DNA of 63,675 nt, counting the filler. It is 5 parts of 5 records of this genome, joined end to end, with 100 filler letters (N's around TTAATTAATTAA, not from the genome) between each part and the next. Parts side by side here need not be neighbours in the genome. Positions count along the whole stretch, not along the records: positions 39,650 to 59,857 come from SRR20825010_572; 4 more parts are not named here. One strand, written 5' to 3'. The translations under genes were made by a program, and so were the position numbers. The notes under the pieces are model-generated. The model was not told the origin of the DNA, did no database searches, and saw nothing but the letters and a program-made list of their open reading frames with translations. Each line of letters begins with the position of its first letter. Position 1 is the stretch's first letter. Of this stretch, positions 45,685 to 55,704 are shown in pieces.

Positions 45685-47808
45685 CTAGAACGTGGTCGTG
45701 AGCCGAAGTTTGAAGGTACGCGGCTTTCCATAGAAATTGAAAACCGAGGTGCCGCCGACCCGCTCATAATATTTCTCGTCGAGAATATTATCGATATTGA
45801 AGGCCAGCTTGAAACTGTCGTTGATCTTGTAGCTGGCGAACGTATCAAAGACCACATATCCGGGCGCTTCTATGGTCGTCCCGCGCGAGACCGAATAGAA
45901 GTCGGAGAATGCCCGCATGCCCCCGCCAAGCGAGAGGCCGTCCAGCATTCCGGAGCTGCTATCGAAGGAATATTTGCTCCAGAGCTGGACCATGTGTTCC
46001 GGGGTGTAGGTGCTGAACACCTCACCATCGTCCAGATTCTCGGATTCCGTATAAGTATAGCCAGCCATAACGGACCAGTTCGGGAGAGGGTTTCCGGAAA
46101 CCTCCAGATCAACACCCCGGACCCTGACTTTTCCCTGCGCCAGAAAAGAGCCTGTGTTGTCCGGATCGGAGACCGCCCGATTGGTATCCTCGATCCAGAA
46201 ATAGGCGGCGGTAACGTTCAGTGCATTGCCAAAGAACTGACTTTTGACGCCGCCCTCGTACTGCTGCCCTTCGCGAGGATCAATGATATTACCCGAGACA
46301 TCCGTGTCCGACTGCGGCTGGAAAATGCTGGTGTAGGAGCCGTAGACGGTTGCGTAATCCGTAATGTCGTACGTGACGCCGGCATAGGGGGTGAATTCGT
46401 TGTCGATGTCGATGCGGTCCGTCACGGCGCCGGTATTGTTGTTCGTCGTACTGGACTCATACCAGGACAGACGGCCGCCCCCGATCAGGGTCAGACGATC
46501 GACCGGATTGACGCGCAATTGGCTATAGACGCCAACCTGGCTCGGGTCCGAGGTCGTGTCCGTCGTGTAGGACACATCCGGCTCGGCGACAGACGTATTC
46601 CAGTTGTAGAGGTTGAACGTCCCGCCGATCGTTCCGCGGCCCTGTTGCATATCGCTCTCGACCTTGCGGTAGTCCACACCGGCAATGAGATTGTGGACTT
46701 GGCCGAACAATTCGAACGGTTTGCTCACATGCGCGTCGGCGGCGAAAGAACTCTCGTCGAATGTGCGCCCCAGATAACTCATTCCCGAAACATCGCCGTT
46801 GGTATCGGCTGAACTGGCCGCGTATCCGTAAAGAAAGTCCACGTCCCGATCCGAATACCGGGTCGAGGCCTTGATATGGCCGCCATCCGTGAATTTGTGC
46901 TCCAGCTCCGCAATATAATCGGTGACGTTATTTTCGAAGTTGTTCCAGTCCGTCCCGGTCGTTGTCGACACATCAACGTCGAGCAGAGAGCCGTCGGCTA
47001 GAGTCGGCAGACCGTTGAACGGCGAAATATCCCGCTCCATGTGACTGAGACTGAAAGTAAAAGTCGTGTCTTCCGTCAGATCCGCCTGGACGGTGCCGTA
47101 CCCAACCCCGACCTCGTTGTCCACACTGTCCACCCAGCTATCCTGGGTCTGGTAAGCGGCAACAACCCGCCCGCGGATACGGCCGTTTTCGGTGAGCGGG
47201 CTCGTGACATCCACATCGCCACGATAATTGTCATAAGAGCCGCCGGTAATGGAGGCCGAGCCACCAAACGTGTCCTTGGCTTGTTTCAGGCGCATGTTGA
47301 TGGCGCCCGTCGGCTCGCCGCTTCCCCCGAAAAGCCCTGACGGGCCGCGCAGAATCTCGACATGATCCACAATCGCCATATCCGGCTGGGTTCCGTAGAT
47401 GCTGGAGAGAGGTGCCGGCAGGCCATTGAAGTACAGAACATCGTACTCGAAGCCGCGCGAGAACAGGCTTGAGCGGCCGTCATCATTGCTGAGCACCACG
47501 ACACCCGGTGTTTCACGAAGAGTGGTGTCGAGGGACGTGTATCCGCCATCCTCAAGCTTCTCCCGGGTTATGACGTGCGTTGACTGGGGAATTTCCCGAG
47601 CGGTCAGAACTTCCTTTTCTCCAACACTGACCAGATCGCTGGTGTAGCTGCCGGTGCCCTCGGTTTCGTAGCTCGATCCCTGAACCGTGATCGTGTCTAG
47701 CTTGGCTTCCTCGGCCTTGGCGCCAATGCTGGCAATGGAAAGGATCGTGCTGGCCAGAAGTATCGACCTTAAGGCCCTTCGCCGTTCGAAATTCCCCGCC
47801 ATTTTCAT
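45685..47808 (-). CDS. TonB-dependent siderophore receptor (FhuE/FptA-like)
   Basis: Signal peptide, TonB box DTITV, plug motifs IPQS..V and VEILRGPSGL, NILDEKYY and terminal Phe. GAGGGG RBS. Confidence 0.93.
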   Translation of the reverse strand: MKMAGNFERRRALRSILLASTILSIASIGAKAEEAKLDTITVQGSSYETEGTGSYTSDLVSVGEKEVLTAREIPQSTHVITREKLEDGGYTSLDTTLRETPGVVVLSNDDGRSSLFSRGFEYDVLYFNGLPAPLSSIYGTQPDMAIVDHVEILRGPSGLFGGSGEPTGAINMRLKQAKDTFGGSASITGGSYDNYRGDVDVTSPLTENGRIRGRVVAAYQTQDSWVDSVDNEVGVGYGTVQADLTEDTTFTFSLSHMERDISPFNGLPTLADGSLLDVDVSTTTGTDWNNFENNVTDYIAELEHKFTDGGHIKASTRYSDRDVDFLYGYAASSADTNGDVSGMSYLGRTFDESSFAADAHVSKPFELFGQVHNLIAGVDYRKVESDMQQGRGTIGGTFNLYNWNTSVAEPDVSYTTDTTSDPSQVGVYSQLRVNPVDRLTLIGGGRLSWYESSTTNNNTGAVTDRIDIDNEFTPYAGVTYDITDYATVYGSYTSIFQPQSDTDVSGNIIDPREGQQYEGGVKSQFFGNALNVTAAYFWIEDTNRAVSDPDNTGSFLAQGKVRVRGVDLEVSGNPLPNWSVMAGYTYTESENLDDGEVFSTYTPEHMVQLWSKYSFDSSSGMLDGLSLGGGMRAFSDFYSVSRGTTIEAPGYVVFDTFASYKINDSFKLAFNIDNILDEKYYERVGGTSVFNFYGKPRTFKLRLTTTF

Positions 47809-47945
47809 GATTCCCCTCATGTCGTCCGCCTGATGCCCGTGTCCAGGCTGTTGCTAAACTCGAGTCTGTTAAGACATGCGGGAACCTATAGTCCTGCCGA
47901 GGAGCGCCTCAAGGTCGGAGGGTTTTGAGAAATGATCGATTTATT

Positions 47946-47962
47946 ATGCGAATTATTCGCAT
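47946..47962. promoter_or_regulatory. Putative Fur-type iron box
   Basis: Perfect 8-1-8 palindrome ATGCGAAT-T-ATTCGCAT upstream of the receptor, overlapping a minus-strand CATAAT. Resembles alphaproteobacterial Fur/Mur boxes. Confidence 0.72.
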
Positions 47963-48011
47963 TAGCATTTCATGAACATCAAAACGCTGCGCATCGCATT
48001 GGGTCGGAAGC

Positions 48012-51000
48012 TCAAGTCGCGATCGAAACCAGTTCCTGCATCAACCCGGTCAAGCCGCGCACCCGCACATCCTTCTGCTCCCACGCCCGGCGATAGACCA
48101 GCTTGTGATCCGGCCGGAGCTGAACGCTGCCGGCCTGTTTGGCGATGAAACCGACAAGACCACGCGGATTGGCGAAATCGTTGTTCCGGAATGTAAGAAC
48201 GGCGCCTTTCGGCCCGGCATCCACCCGCTCGACCCCGGCCAGCTTGCAGAGCTGCTTGATGGCGATGATCTTCAGCAGGTTTTCGACTTCCGGCGGCAGA
48301 GTGCCGAACCGGTCCGCCAGCTCGGCCGCGAAGCTGTCGATCTCCGCCTCGTCCACCAGATTGGCGATACGCCGGTAAAGACTGAGCCGGACGGTCAGGT
48401 CCTGCACATAATTTTCCGGGATGAGGACAGGCGTGCCGAGGGAGATCTGCGGCGTCCACTGCTCCTCCGGCTCCATGCTCTCGAAGCCGCCTTCCCGCGC
48501 TGCCTGCACAGCTTCCTGCAGCAGATGCTGGTAAAGCTCGATGCCGACTTCCTTCACCTGTCCCGACTGCTCCTCGCCCAGCAGGTTACCGGCGCCACGG
48601 ATATCCATATCGTGGCTGGCCAGGCTGAATCCGGCGCCGAGACTGTCGAGGGTCTGCATGACCTCGAGCCGTCGCTTCGCGTCCGCCGTCAGGATCTTGG
48701 TCGGGTGCGTGGTGAGATAGGCATAGGCCCGGGTCTTGGAGCGTCCGACACGGCCGCGCAGCTGATAGAGTTGGGCCAGGCCGAACATGTCCGAGCGGTG
48801 AATGATGATCGTATTCGCGTTCGGGATGTCGAGCCCGGACTCAACGATGTTCGTGCTGAGCAGGATATCGTAAGCCCCGTCGCAGAACTTGGTCATCACA
48901 TTCTCAAGCTCGGTCGGGCTCATCCGGCCATGTGCCGTGGCGACGCGGACTTCGGGCACAAGCTGGGTCAGCCGGTCATGCATGCGCGGCAGATCGTCAA
49001 GGCGCGGGCAGACATAGAAGGTCTGACCACCGCGATAATGCTCCCGCATGATCGCTTCGCGAATGACCAGACCGTCATAGGGCATGACGAAGGTACGGAC
49101 CGCCAGCCGATCGACCGGCGGCGTGGTGATCAGGCTCATCTGCCGGACCCCGCTCAGCGCCATCTGCAATGTGCGCGGGATCGGCGTCGCGGTCAGGGTC
49201 AGCACGTGGATAGCCGAGCGCAGTTCCTTCAGGCGTTCCTTCTGGGCGACACCGAAATGCTGCTCCTCGTCAACGATCACCATGCCGAGATTGGAGAACT
49301 TTATGCTCTTCGCCAGCACGGCATGGGTGCCGACGACGATGCTGCAATCGCCGTTCGCCAGCTCTTCCTTGATCGCCGTCTGCTCCTTCGCCGGAACCAT
49401 GCGGGAAAGCTGCCGCACCTTGACCGGGAGGCCCTTGAAACGCTCCCTGAACTGGCTGAAATGCTGCCGAGCGAGAAGCGTTGTCGGCACCACCACGGCA
49501 ACCTGATAGCCCTGCATGGCAACAACCAGAGCCGCGCGCAGCGCCACCTCGGTCTTGCCGAAGCCAACATCACCGCAGACCAGCCGGTCCATCGGCCGGC
49601 CCTTGTTCAGGTCGTCCAGCGTCTCTTCGATGGCGCGAAGCTGGTCGTCCGTCTCTGTATAGGGGAACTTGGCACAGAACTCGTCATAAACGCCGGTAGG
49701 TGCCGGAACCGGATCAGTCTCTCGAACTTCACGTTCGGCTGCGAGCCGGATCAACTGCTCCGCCATGTCTCGCAGGCGTTTCTTGACCCTGGCCTTGCGG
49801 GCCTGCCAAGCGGCGCCGCCAAGTTTGTCCAGTTGCCCTCCCGACTCCTGAGAGCCGTAGCGCGACAGCACGTCGATACTCTCAACCGGGACGAACAGCT
49901 TGTCTCCGCCAAGATAGAGCAGCCGCAGGCAATCATGCGGCGCACCGCCGATCTCCAGGGTTTCCAACCCGTCATACTGGCCGATCCCGTGCTCCACATG
50001 GACCACGTAATCGCCTTCATTCAGAGCGGAAACTTCCTGCAGGAATTCCTCACCCCGGCGTCCCCGCCGGATTGACGGCCGGGCCAGCCGTTCTCCGAGA
50101 ATATCCTGCTCGGCGATGCAGAGCAGATCGTCGCTGGCAAATCCCTGCTCAATGGGGAGCACGATGGCAGCTGCTGTGCCTTTTGGAAGCTTCCTGGCTT
50201 CTTTCCACGACCCAACGGGCTCCAGCCGCTCCAGCCCGTGCTCGTGCAGCAGAGAGACAAGCCTGTCCCGCGAGCCGCTGGTATATCCGGCAACCAATAC
50301 CCGGCGATCTTCCGGCTCACCCAGAATGCGGTCACGCACGGCGGCATAGAGATCGATGTCCGGCCGGGCCCGCGCTTCGGCAAAACCCACACCGCCATGC
50401 CCGCCGCAATCAAGAACCGTGACGCCATCGGCGTTGCTTTCCGGCAGGTCAAAGGGCGTGAAGCGGGCGCTTGGCAGGTTATCTTCAAGGCTCTGCCAGT
50501 CACGCTCATTGAGATAGAGACTATCCGGGGGCAACGGCCGATAGACGCTGCCGCCGTCGGGCGTGCCACGGTCATAAAGGCTCTTACGGGCCTCGTAATA
50601 TTCCTGGATGAGGTCGAAACGCGCGCTCATGGCCGCGTCAGCCTGATGATCGAAAGTCACCGGCGTCGCGCCCGTGTAATCGATCAGGGTCTCCAGGTCC
50701 TCATGAAACAGTGGCAGCCAGTGCTCCATGCCGACATGGCGGCGGCCCTCGCTGATCGCCTCGTAAAGCGGGTCCTTGGAAATCTCCCCGCCGAAATGGG
50801 TGCGGTAGCCGGAGCGGAAGCGTTTAATGCCATCTTCATCCAGCCGGAACTCTCCGACCGGGAAAATCTCGAAGGCATCCAGCTTGCCCGTCGTGCGCTG
50901 GCTGACGGGATCGAAGGAGCGGATTTTTTCCAGCTCGTCACCGAAGAAATCGAGCCGCAAAGGCTCTTCCGCACCTGGCGGGAAGACGTCGATGATGCCG

Positions 51001-51509
51001 CCGCGCACAGCATATTCCCCGGCCTCCCGGACCGTCGCCGCGCGGGTGTAACCATTGGCCTCGAAAAACCGGGCGATATCCTCGACCGGCTTGTTGTCTC
51101 CCGGTTTCAGGACCAGGCCGACATCGGTGAAAAAGCTGCGCGGCGGAACACGCTGCAGCAGGGCATTCACCGTTGTCAGCATCACCGCACCGCCGGAAAG
51201 CCCCGTTGAGGCGAGCCGCGCAAGTGTCTCAACCCGTTGGCTTATCAGATCGCCGTGCGGGGAGACGCGGTCATAGGGCAGGCAATCCCAGGCGGGCAGG
51301 CTCAGTACCGTCTGCTCCGGCGCGAAGAAGCCGAGCGACTGGCGCAAAACCGCAAGGCGCGAGTCGTCCCGCGCGACATGCAGGACGCCGCCATGAGCCG
51401 CCGCAATCTCAAGCAGTACTCGGGCGTCATGGCCCTCGGGCACGGATGAAAAGGCGGCAGATCCCGATTTAGAAAGGACAGGTTTGTTGTAAATCAAAAG
51501 ACTATTCAA
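48012..51509 (-). CDS. mfd: Transcription-repair coupling factor
   Basis: CGDVGFGKTEVA, DEEQHFG, TATPIPRT, QLRGRVGR and a TRCF C-terminus; 1165 aa. Confidence 0.97.
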   Translation of the reverse strand: MNSLLIYNKPVLSKSGSAAFSSVPEGHDARVLLEIAAAHGGVLHVARDDSRLAVLRQSLGFFAPEQTVLSLPAWDCLPYDRVSPHGDLISQRVETLARLASTGLSGGAVMLTTVNALLQRVPPRSFFTDVGLVLKPGDNKPVEDIARFFEANGYTRAATVREAGEYAVRGGIIDVFPPGAEEPLRLDFFGDELEKIRSFDPVSQRTTGKLDAFEIFPVGEFRLDEDGIKRFRSGYRTHFGGEISKDPLYEAISEGRRHVGMEHWLPLFHEDLETLIDYTGATPVTFDHQADAAMSARFDLIQEYYEARKSLYDRGTPDGGSVYRPLPPDSLYLNERDWQSLEDNLPSARFTPFDLPESNADGVTVLDCGGHGGVGFAEARARPDIDLYAAVRDRILGEPEDRRVLVAGYTSGSRDRLVSLLHEHGLERLEPVGSWKEARKLPKGTAAAIVLPIEQGFASDDLLCIAEQDILGERLARPSIRRGRRGEEFLQEVSALNEGDYVVHVEHGIGQYDGLETLEIGGAPHDCLRLLYLGGDKLFVPVESIDVLSRYGSQESGGQLDKLGGAAWQARKARVKKRLRDMAEQLIRLAAEREVRETDPVPAPTGVYDEFCAKFPYTETDDQLRAIEETLDDLNKGRPMDRLVCGDVGFGKTEVALRAALVVAMQGYQVAVVVPTTLLARQHFSQFRERFKGLPVKVRQLSRMVPAKEQTAIKEELANGDCSIVVGTHAVLAKSIKFSNLGMVIVDEEQHFGVAQKERLKELRSAIHVLTLTATPIPRTLQMALSGVRQMSLITTPPVDRLAVRTFVMPYDGLVIREAIMREHYRGGQTFYVCPRLDDLPRMHDRLTQLVPEVRVATAHGRMSPTELENVMTKFCDGAYDILLSTNIVESGLDIPNANTIIIHRSDMFGLAQLYQLRGRVGRSKTRAYAYLTTHPTKILTADAKRRLEVMQTLDSLGAGFSLASHDMDIRGAGNLLGEEQSGQVKEVGIELYQHLLQEAVQAAREGGFESMEPEEQWTPQISLGTPVLIPENYVQDLTVRLSLYRRIANLVDEAEIDSFAAELADRFGTLPPEVENLLKIIAIKQLCKLAGVERVDAGPKGAVLTFRNNDFANPRGLVGFIAKQAGSVQLRPDHKLVYRRAWEQKDVRVRGLTGLMQELVSIAT

Positions 51510-51762
51510 CGAGTTTGAAGTTGCGAATCATGTCGAGGATGGGCGTTTCATATTCCTCCGGCGCTTCTTCCTGGCCGGTAATCCACTTGTAGAGCCGCGG
51601 ATCGGGAATTTCGAGAAGGGTTTCATACGTGTCGAGCCCTTCTTCATCAAGATCCGCAATATGGGTGCGGGCAAAAGCGCCGAGCAGCAGATCGGTTTCC
51701 TTGGTGCCGGTATAGGCGCTGCGGTAGATCAGCTTTTTTCGCCTATCGTCGAGACCGGTCAT
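51502..51762 (-). CDS. sdhE: Succinate dehydrogenase flavination factor (SdhE/Sdh5)
   Basis: RRKKLIYR..xGTKExDLLLG and PD..LY.WITG. Usual alphaproteobacterial position between mfd and recG. Confidence 0.85.
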   Translation of the reverse strand: MTGLDDRRKKLIYRSAYTGTKETDLLLGAFARTHIADLDEEGLDTYETLLEIPDPRLYKWITGQEEAPEEYETPILDMIRNFKLVE

Positions 51763-51884
51763 TCGGCGCACTCCTTGTTTGTCAACGCGTTGCGCTAGGA
51801 TATAAATCGAAGTTCAGGCATGTCAGCCCCCGGAACAACGGCCAGCGGCTCCAAGCCGCGCCCTTAATAGCATCGGCGAGTAAT

Positions 51885-53966
51885 TTGCGACCGGAAATTC
51901 TCTATTCCCTTTTTGCCGATACGACCCGCCTTCCCGGCGTCGGTCCGCGTATCGCGAAATTGCTGGAGACTCTGGCCGGGCGCGCGGTGCTGGATCTGCT
52001 CTGGCACCTGCCGAGCGGGATTATAGATCGCCGCTTCAATCCCCGGATCGCCGAGGCGCCGGACGATGTTATCGCCACCCTGATCGTCAGTATTGTCGAG
52101 CACCGGCCGGGACGCAGCCGCAAGCAGCCTTACCGGGTTCTCGCCGAGGATGAGAGCGGCCAGCTGGACATCATCTTCTTCAATGCAAAGCCGGACTATG
52201 TGGCGCAGATGCTTCCCGTCGGCACGCGCTGTGCCGTCAGCGGCAAGGTTGAACATTTCAACGGCCGGGCGCAGATGACCCACCCGGATCACATGGTGCC
52301 GGCGGATGACGTCCAGAGCATCATGCGGGTGGAGCCGACCTATCCGCTGACCGGTGGCCTGACCCAGAAAACCCTGCGCAAGGCCATAACCGCCGGGCTC
52401 GCGGGTGTTCCGGAATTGCCCGAATGGGGCAACAAGCCATTCCTGGCCGTACAACAATTCCCGGCATGGCGTGAGGCACTGTTGGCGGCCCATGCGCCCG
52501 GCTCGCTGGAGGATATCGACGCGCACGCCCAGCCAAGGCGCCGCCTTGCCTATGATGAGCTGTTGGCGAACCAGTTGGCACTGGCATTGGTTCGGGCACA
52601 CCAGAAGCGCCAGAAGGGCCGCGCGCTGACCGGTGACGGCCAGCTCCGCCGGACCGCGGAGCAATCCCTGCCCTTCACGCTGACAACGGCTCAGGCGACG
52701 GCACTGACCGATATCTATCGGGACATGGCGGCGCCGGAACGCATGTTGCGGATGATCCAGGGCGATGTCGGCAGTGGCAAGACGGTTGTCGCGCTGCTGG
52801 CTATGTTGAATGCAGTCGAGTGCGGCGCTCAAGCCGCCCTGATGGCACCGACGGAGATTCTGGCGCGGCAGCATTTCGCCTCGATGCAGCCGCTAGCGGA
52901 AGCGGCCGGGGTCCGGATCGCTGTGCTGACAGGCCGGGACAAGGGCAAAGCCCGGGAAAAGCTGGTCACCGAGATCGCCGAGGGCGCGGTCGATATTGCC
53001 GTCGGAACCCACGCGCTGTTTCAGGAAAGCGTGGCCTTCAAGGATCTGGCGCTGGCCGTGATCGACGAGCAGCATCGTTTCGGCGTGCATCAGCGTATGA
53101 GCCTTGGCGAGAAAGGTCTCGCGGTCGATACGCTGGTGATGACGGCGACACCGATCCCCCGAACACTGACCATGACGGCCTATGGCGACCTCGATGTCTC
53201 CCGGCTTAATGAAAAGCCTCCGGGGCGTCAGCCGATCGACACGCGAACCATCCCTCTCAATCGCCTCGCCGAGGTCGCCGAGGCCGTTGGCCGTAAAGCA
53301 GCGTCCGGCGACAAGGCCTATTGGGTCTGCCCATTGGTGGAGGAATCCGAAAAGCTCGATGTTGCCGCTGCTGAGGAACGGTTCCAGCATCTGAGCCGGC
53401 TTTACCCGGATCGCGTCGGCCTCGTGCACGGCAAGATGAAGGCGGCGGAAAAAGACGCGGTGATGGACCAGTTTAAGAACGGTCCGCTCGATATCCTGGT
53501 TGCCACCACGGTGATCGAGGTCGGAGTCGATGTGCCCGCTGCGACGGTCATCGTGATCGAGCATGCGGAGCGCTTCGGACTGGCGCAGTTGCATCAATTG
53601 CGCGGTCGTGTCGGCCGGGGTAGCGCGGCATCAACCTGCCTGCTGCTGTTTGGCTCGCCCATATCGGAAACCGGCCGGGCCCGGCTGGCCGTGATGCGTG
53701 ATACCGAGGACGGGTTCCGGATCGCGGAGGAGGATCTGAAGCTGCGCGGCGCGGGCGAAATTCTCGGTACCAAGCAGAGCGGCCTGCCGACATTCAGGCT
53801 GGCTGATCTTGCCGCGCATAGTGAACTTTTGGCCGCCGCGCGTGACGATGCCCGTCTGGTGCTGAACAACGATCCCGATCTCAAGGGCGAGCGCGGAGAA
53901 TCACTTCGGGTGCTGCTCTACCTTTTCGAACGGGATGCAGCGATCCGCTATCTCAGAGGCGGTTAG
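51885..53966 (+). CDS. recG: ATP-dependent DNA helicase RecG
   Basis: QGDVGSGKT, DEQHRFG, TATPIPRT and QLRGRVGRG. TTG start MRPEIL. Confidence 0.96.
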   Translation: MRPEILYSLFADTTRLPGVGPRIAKLLETLAGRAVLDLLWHLPSGIIDRRFNPRIAEAPDDVIATLIVSIVEHRPGRSRKQPYRVLAEDESGQLDIIFFNAKPDYVAQMLPVGTRCAVSGKVEHFNGRAQMTHPDHMVPADDVQSIMRVEPTYPLTGGLTQKTLRKAITAGLAGVPELPEWGNKPFLAVQQFPAWREALLAAHAPGSLEDIDAHAQPRRRLAYDELLANQLALALVRAHQKRQKGRALTGDGQLRRTAEQSLPFTLTTAQATALTDIYRDMAAPERMLRMIQGDVGSGKTVVALLAMLNAVECGAQAALMAPTEILARQHFASMQPLAEAAGVRIAVLTGRDKGKAREKLVTEIAEGAVDIAVGTHALFQESVAFKDLALAVIDEQHRFGVHQRMSLGEKGLAVDTLVMTATPIPRTLTMTAYGDLDVSRLNEKPPGRQPIDTRTIPLNRLAEVAEAVGRKAASGDKAYWVCPLVEESEKLDVAAAEERFQHLSRLYPDRVGLVHGKMKAAEKDAVMDQFKNGPLDILVATTVIEVGVDVPAATVIVIEHAERFGLAQLHQLRGRVGRGSAASTCLLLFGSPISETGRARLAVMRDTEDGFRIAEEDLKLRGAGEILGTKQSGLPTFRLADLAAHSELLAAARDDARLVLNNDPDLKGERGESLRVLLYLFERDAAIRYLRGG

Positions 53967-54682
53967 GCTTTAGCGTCACCAGAGCCCGGTTCGCTTTCAA
54001 CATGAATAACCGGCTTTGCCTGTTCTTCCGCCGGGCGGCGATCCGGCGGTGTGACGATGCCGGCGGAAATCACCATCTTGATACCCTCTTCCACTGTCAT
54101 CGAGAGGCGGTAGACGTCTCTGTCCGGCAGGAACAGCAGGAAACCGGAGGTCGGGTTCGGCGTCGTAGGCAGGAAGACGTTCACCATCGTGTCGTCCGTC
54201 ACATGCTGAACTTCACCAACCGTGCCCCCCGTGATGAAACCGACCGCCCAGATGCCGCGCCGGGGATATTCGATCAGAACCACTTCCCGGAAGGCGTTCG
54301 ACTGCTGCGCCATCACGGTTTCCATGATCTGCTTGATGGCGCTGTAGACATTGCGGACAACCGGCATGCGGGCCAGAAGATGTTCGCTGAAGCGAATCAT
54401 CCAGCGGCCCAGAATACCGGCCGTCAGCCAGCCGATCAGGGTCAGACTGATCAGCATCACGATCAGGCCGATGCCGGGAACGGAGAACGGCAGGAAATTT
54501 TCCGGATTATATTGCCGCGGGATCAACGGCATCACCTGATTATCGATGAAATGGACGATAACCCAGGTCAGGTAGAGTGTAATCCCGATAGGTGCCGTCA
54601 CCAGAATGCCGGCGAACATATAAGCGCGCATCCGGCCGAAAACAGTTGGCCGGACAACGCCCGGGTTCTTCTCTTTGGTCAT
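53963..54682 (-). CDS. DUF502-family membrane protein
   Basis: EYPRRG and FLPTTPNPTSGF motifs, two TM segments. Confidence 0.88.
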   Translation of the reverse strand: MTKEKNPGVVRPTVFGRMRAYMFAGILVTAPIGITLYLTWVIVHFIDNQVMPLIPRQYNPENFLPFSVPGIGLIVMLISLTLIGWLTAGILGRWMIRFSEHLLARMPVVRNVYSAIKQIMETVMAQQSNAFREVVLIEYPRRGIWAVGFITGGTVGEVQHVTDDTMVNVFLPTTPNPTSGFLLFLPDRDVYRLSMTVEEGIKMVISAGIVTPPDRRPAEEQAKPVIHVESEPGSGDAKA

Positions 54683-54756
54683 GTGGAATGCCGCCCGATG
54701 CTCAGTGCCCTAGCATGACCATATAGGGACGAAGCGCGGCGACGCAAACGGTTCGC

Positions 54757-55629
54757 TTAGCTGCCGAGAAAGCCACCCAGCTCCGCGATCAACCGGTCCG
54801 GAACCTCCTCCGGGATATAGTGCCCCGAAGGCACGGCACACCCGGTGACCGCACCAGTCGTATAACGCTGCCAGACGGAAAGCGGCTCATAAAACCGGCC
54901 GATAATTCCCTTCTCGCCCCAGAGCGCGTGGATTGGAATATCGAGCAAATGGTCACGATCCGCCCGGTCATGCTCCAGATCGATGGTCGCGGCGGCCCGG
55001 TAATCCTCGCAACTGGCATGGATCGTCCCGGGCATGGCGAAGCAGCGCTGATATTCGGCCATGGCTTCCGGCGTGATGGCGGTGCCATCGGCCAAAAATT
55101 TAAGCTTTTTCGACAGATAGAAAGCCGGATCCTGTCCGATCATTCGTTCCGGATAATCGGCAGGCTGAATCAGAAAGAACCAGTGATAGTACGCCGCCGC
55201 GAAGGCCATATCGGTCGTCTCGTACATATCCAGTGTCGGGCAGATATCGAGCGTGCAGAGCTGGGTCACCCGGTCCCGATGATCCCGCGCAAGCCGATGG
55301 CCGACACGCGCACCGCGATCGTGCCCGACCACGGCAAATCTATCAATTCCGAGCGCGGACATGACTTCCGCCTGGTCCCGCGCCATCTCCCGCTTGGAAT
55401 ATGGAGTATGCGCGGCATCCGTCTCCGGCTTACCGCTGTCTCCGTAACCGCGCAAATCAGGCGCTACGACAGTGAATTTTTCGGCCAGGATCGGCGCGAC
55501 CTTGTGCCAGATGACATGGGTTTGCGGATAGCCGTGCAGTAGGAGAAGGCCGGGGCCATTGCCGCCAACCACCAGTTCGATTTCTGTTCCGGAGGTCGCA
55601 ATCCGGCGTCTCTCAAAGCCCTCGAACAT
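54757..55629 (-). CDS. Haloacetate/fluoroacetate dehalogenase-like alpha/beta-hydrolase
   Basis: LHGYPQ, GHDRGARV, DICPT, YHWFF, CEDYRA and GHYIPEE motifs. Confidence 0.85.
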   Translation of the reverse strand: MFEGFERRRIATSGTEIELVVGGNGPGLLLLHGYPQTHVIWHKVAPILAEKFTVVAPDLRGYGDSGKPETDAAHTPYSKREMARDQAEVMSALGIDRFAVVGHDRGARVGHRLARDHRDRVTQLCTLDICPTLDMYETTDMAFAAAYYHWFFLIQPADYPERMIGQDPAFYLSKKLKFLADGTAITPEAMAEYQRCFAMPGTIHASCEDYRAAATIDLEHDRADRDHLLDIPIHALWGEKGIIGRFYEPLSVWQRYTTGAVTGCAVPSGHYIPEEVPDRLIAELGGFLGS

Positions 55630-55704
55630 GCTCTTTCGCCCCATCCCTGGTCATGTCATTGTTTGATCGTGCCATTCTGGCGCGACCATACCAGAGTGAG
55701 TTTC

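Noticed and set aside
48105..50075. 656-aa ORF antisense to mfd; similar long shadows at 33759-35345, 45562-46812, 51864-52874, 60581-61657 and 61955-63409
   Set aside because: They lie entirely opposite well-supported genes and have no recognisable motifs. Such shadows are expected from high-GC codon usage.
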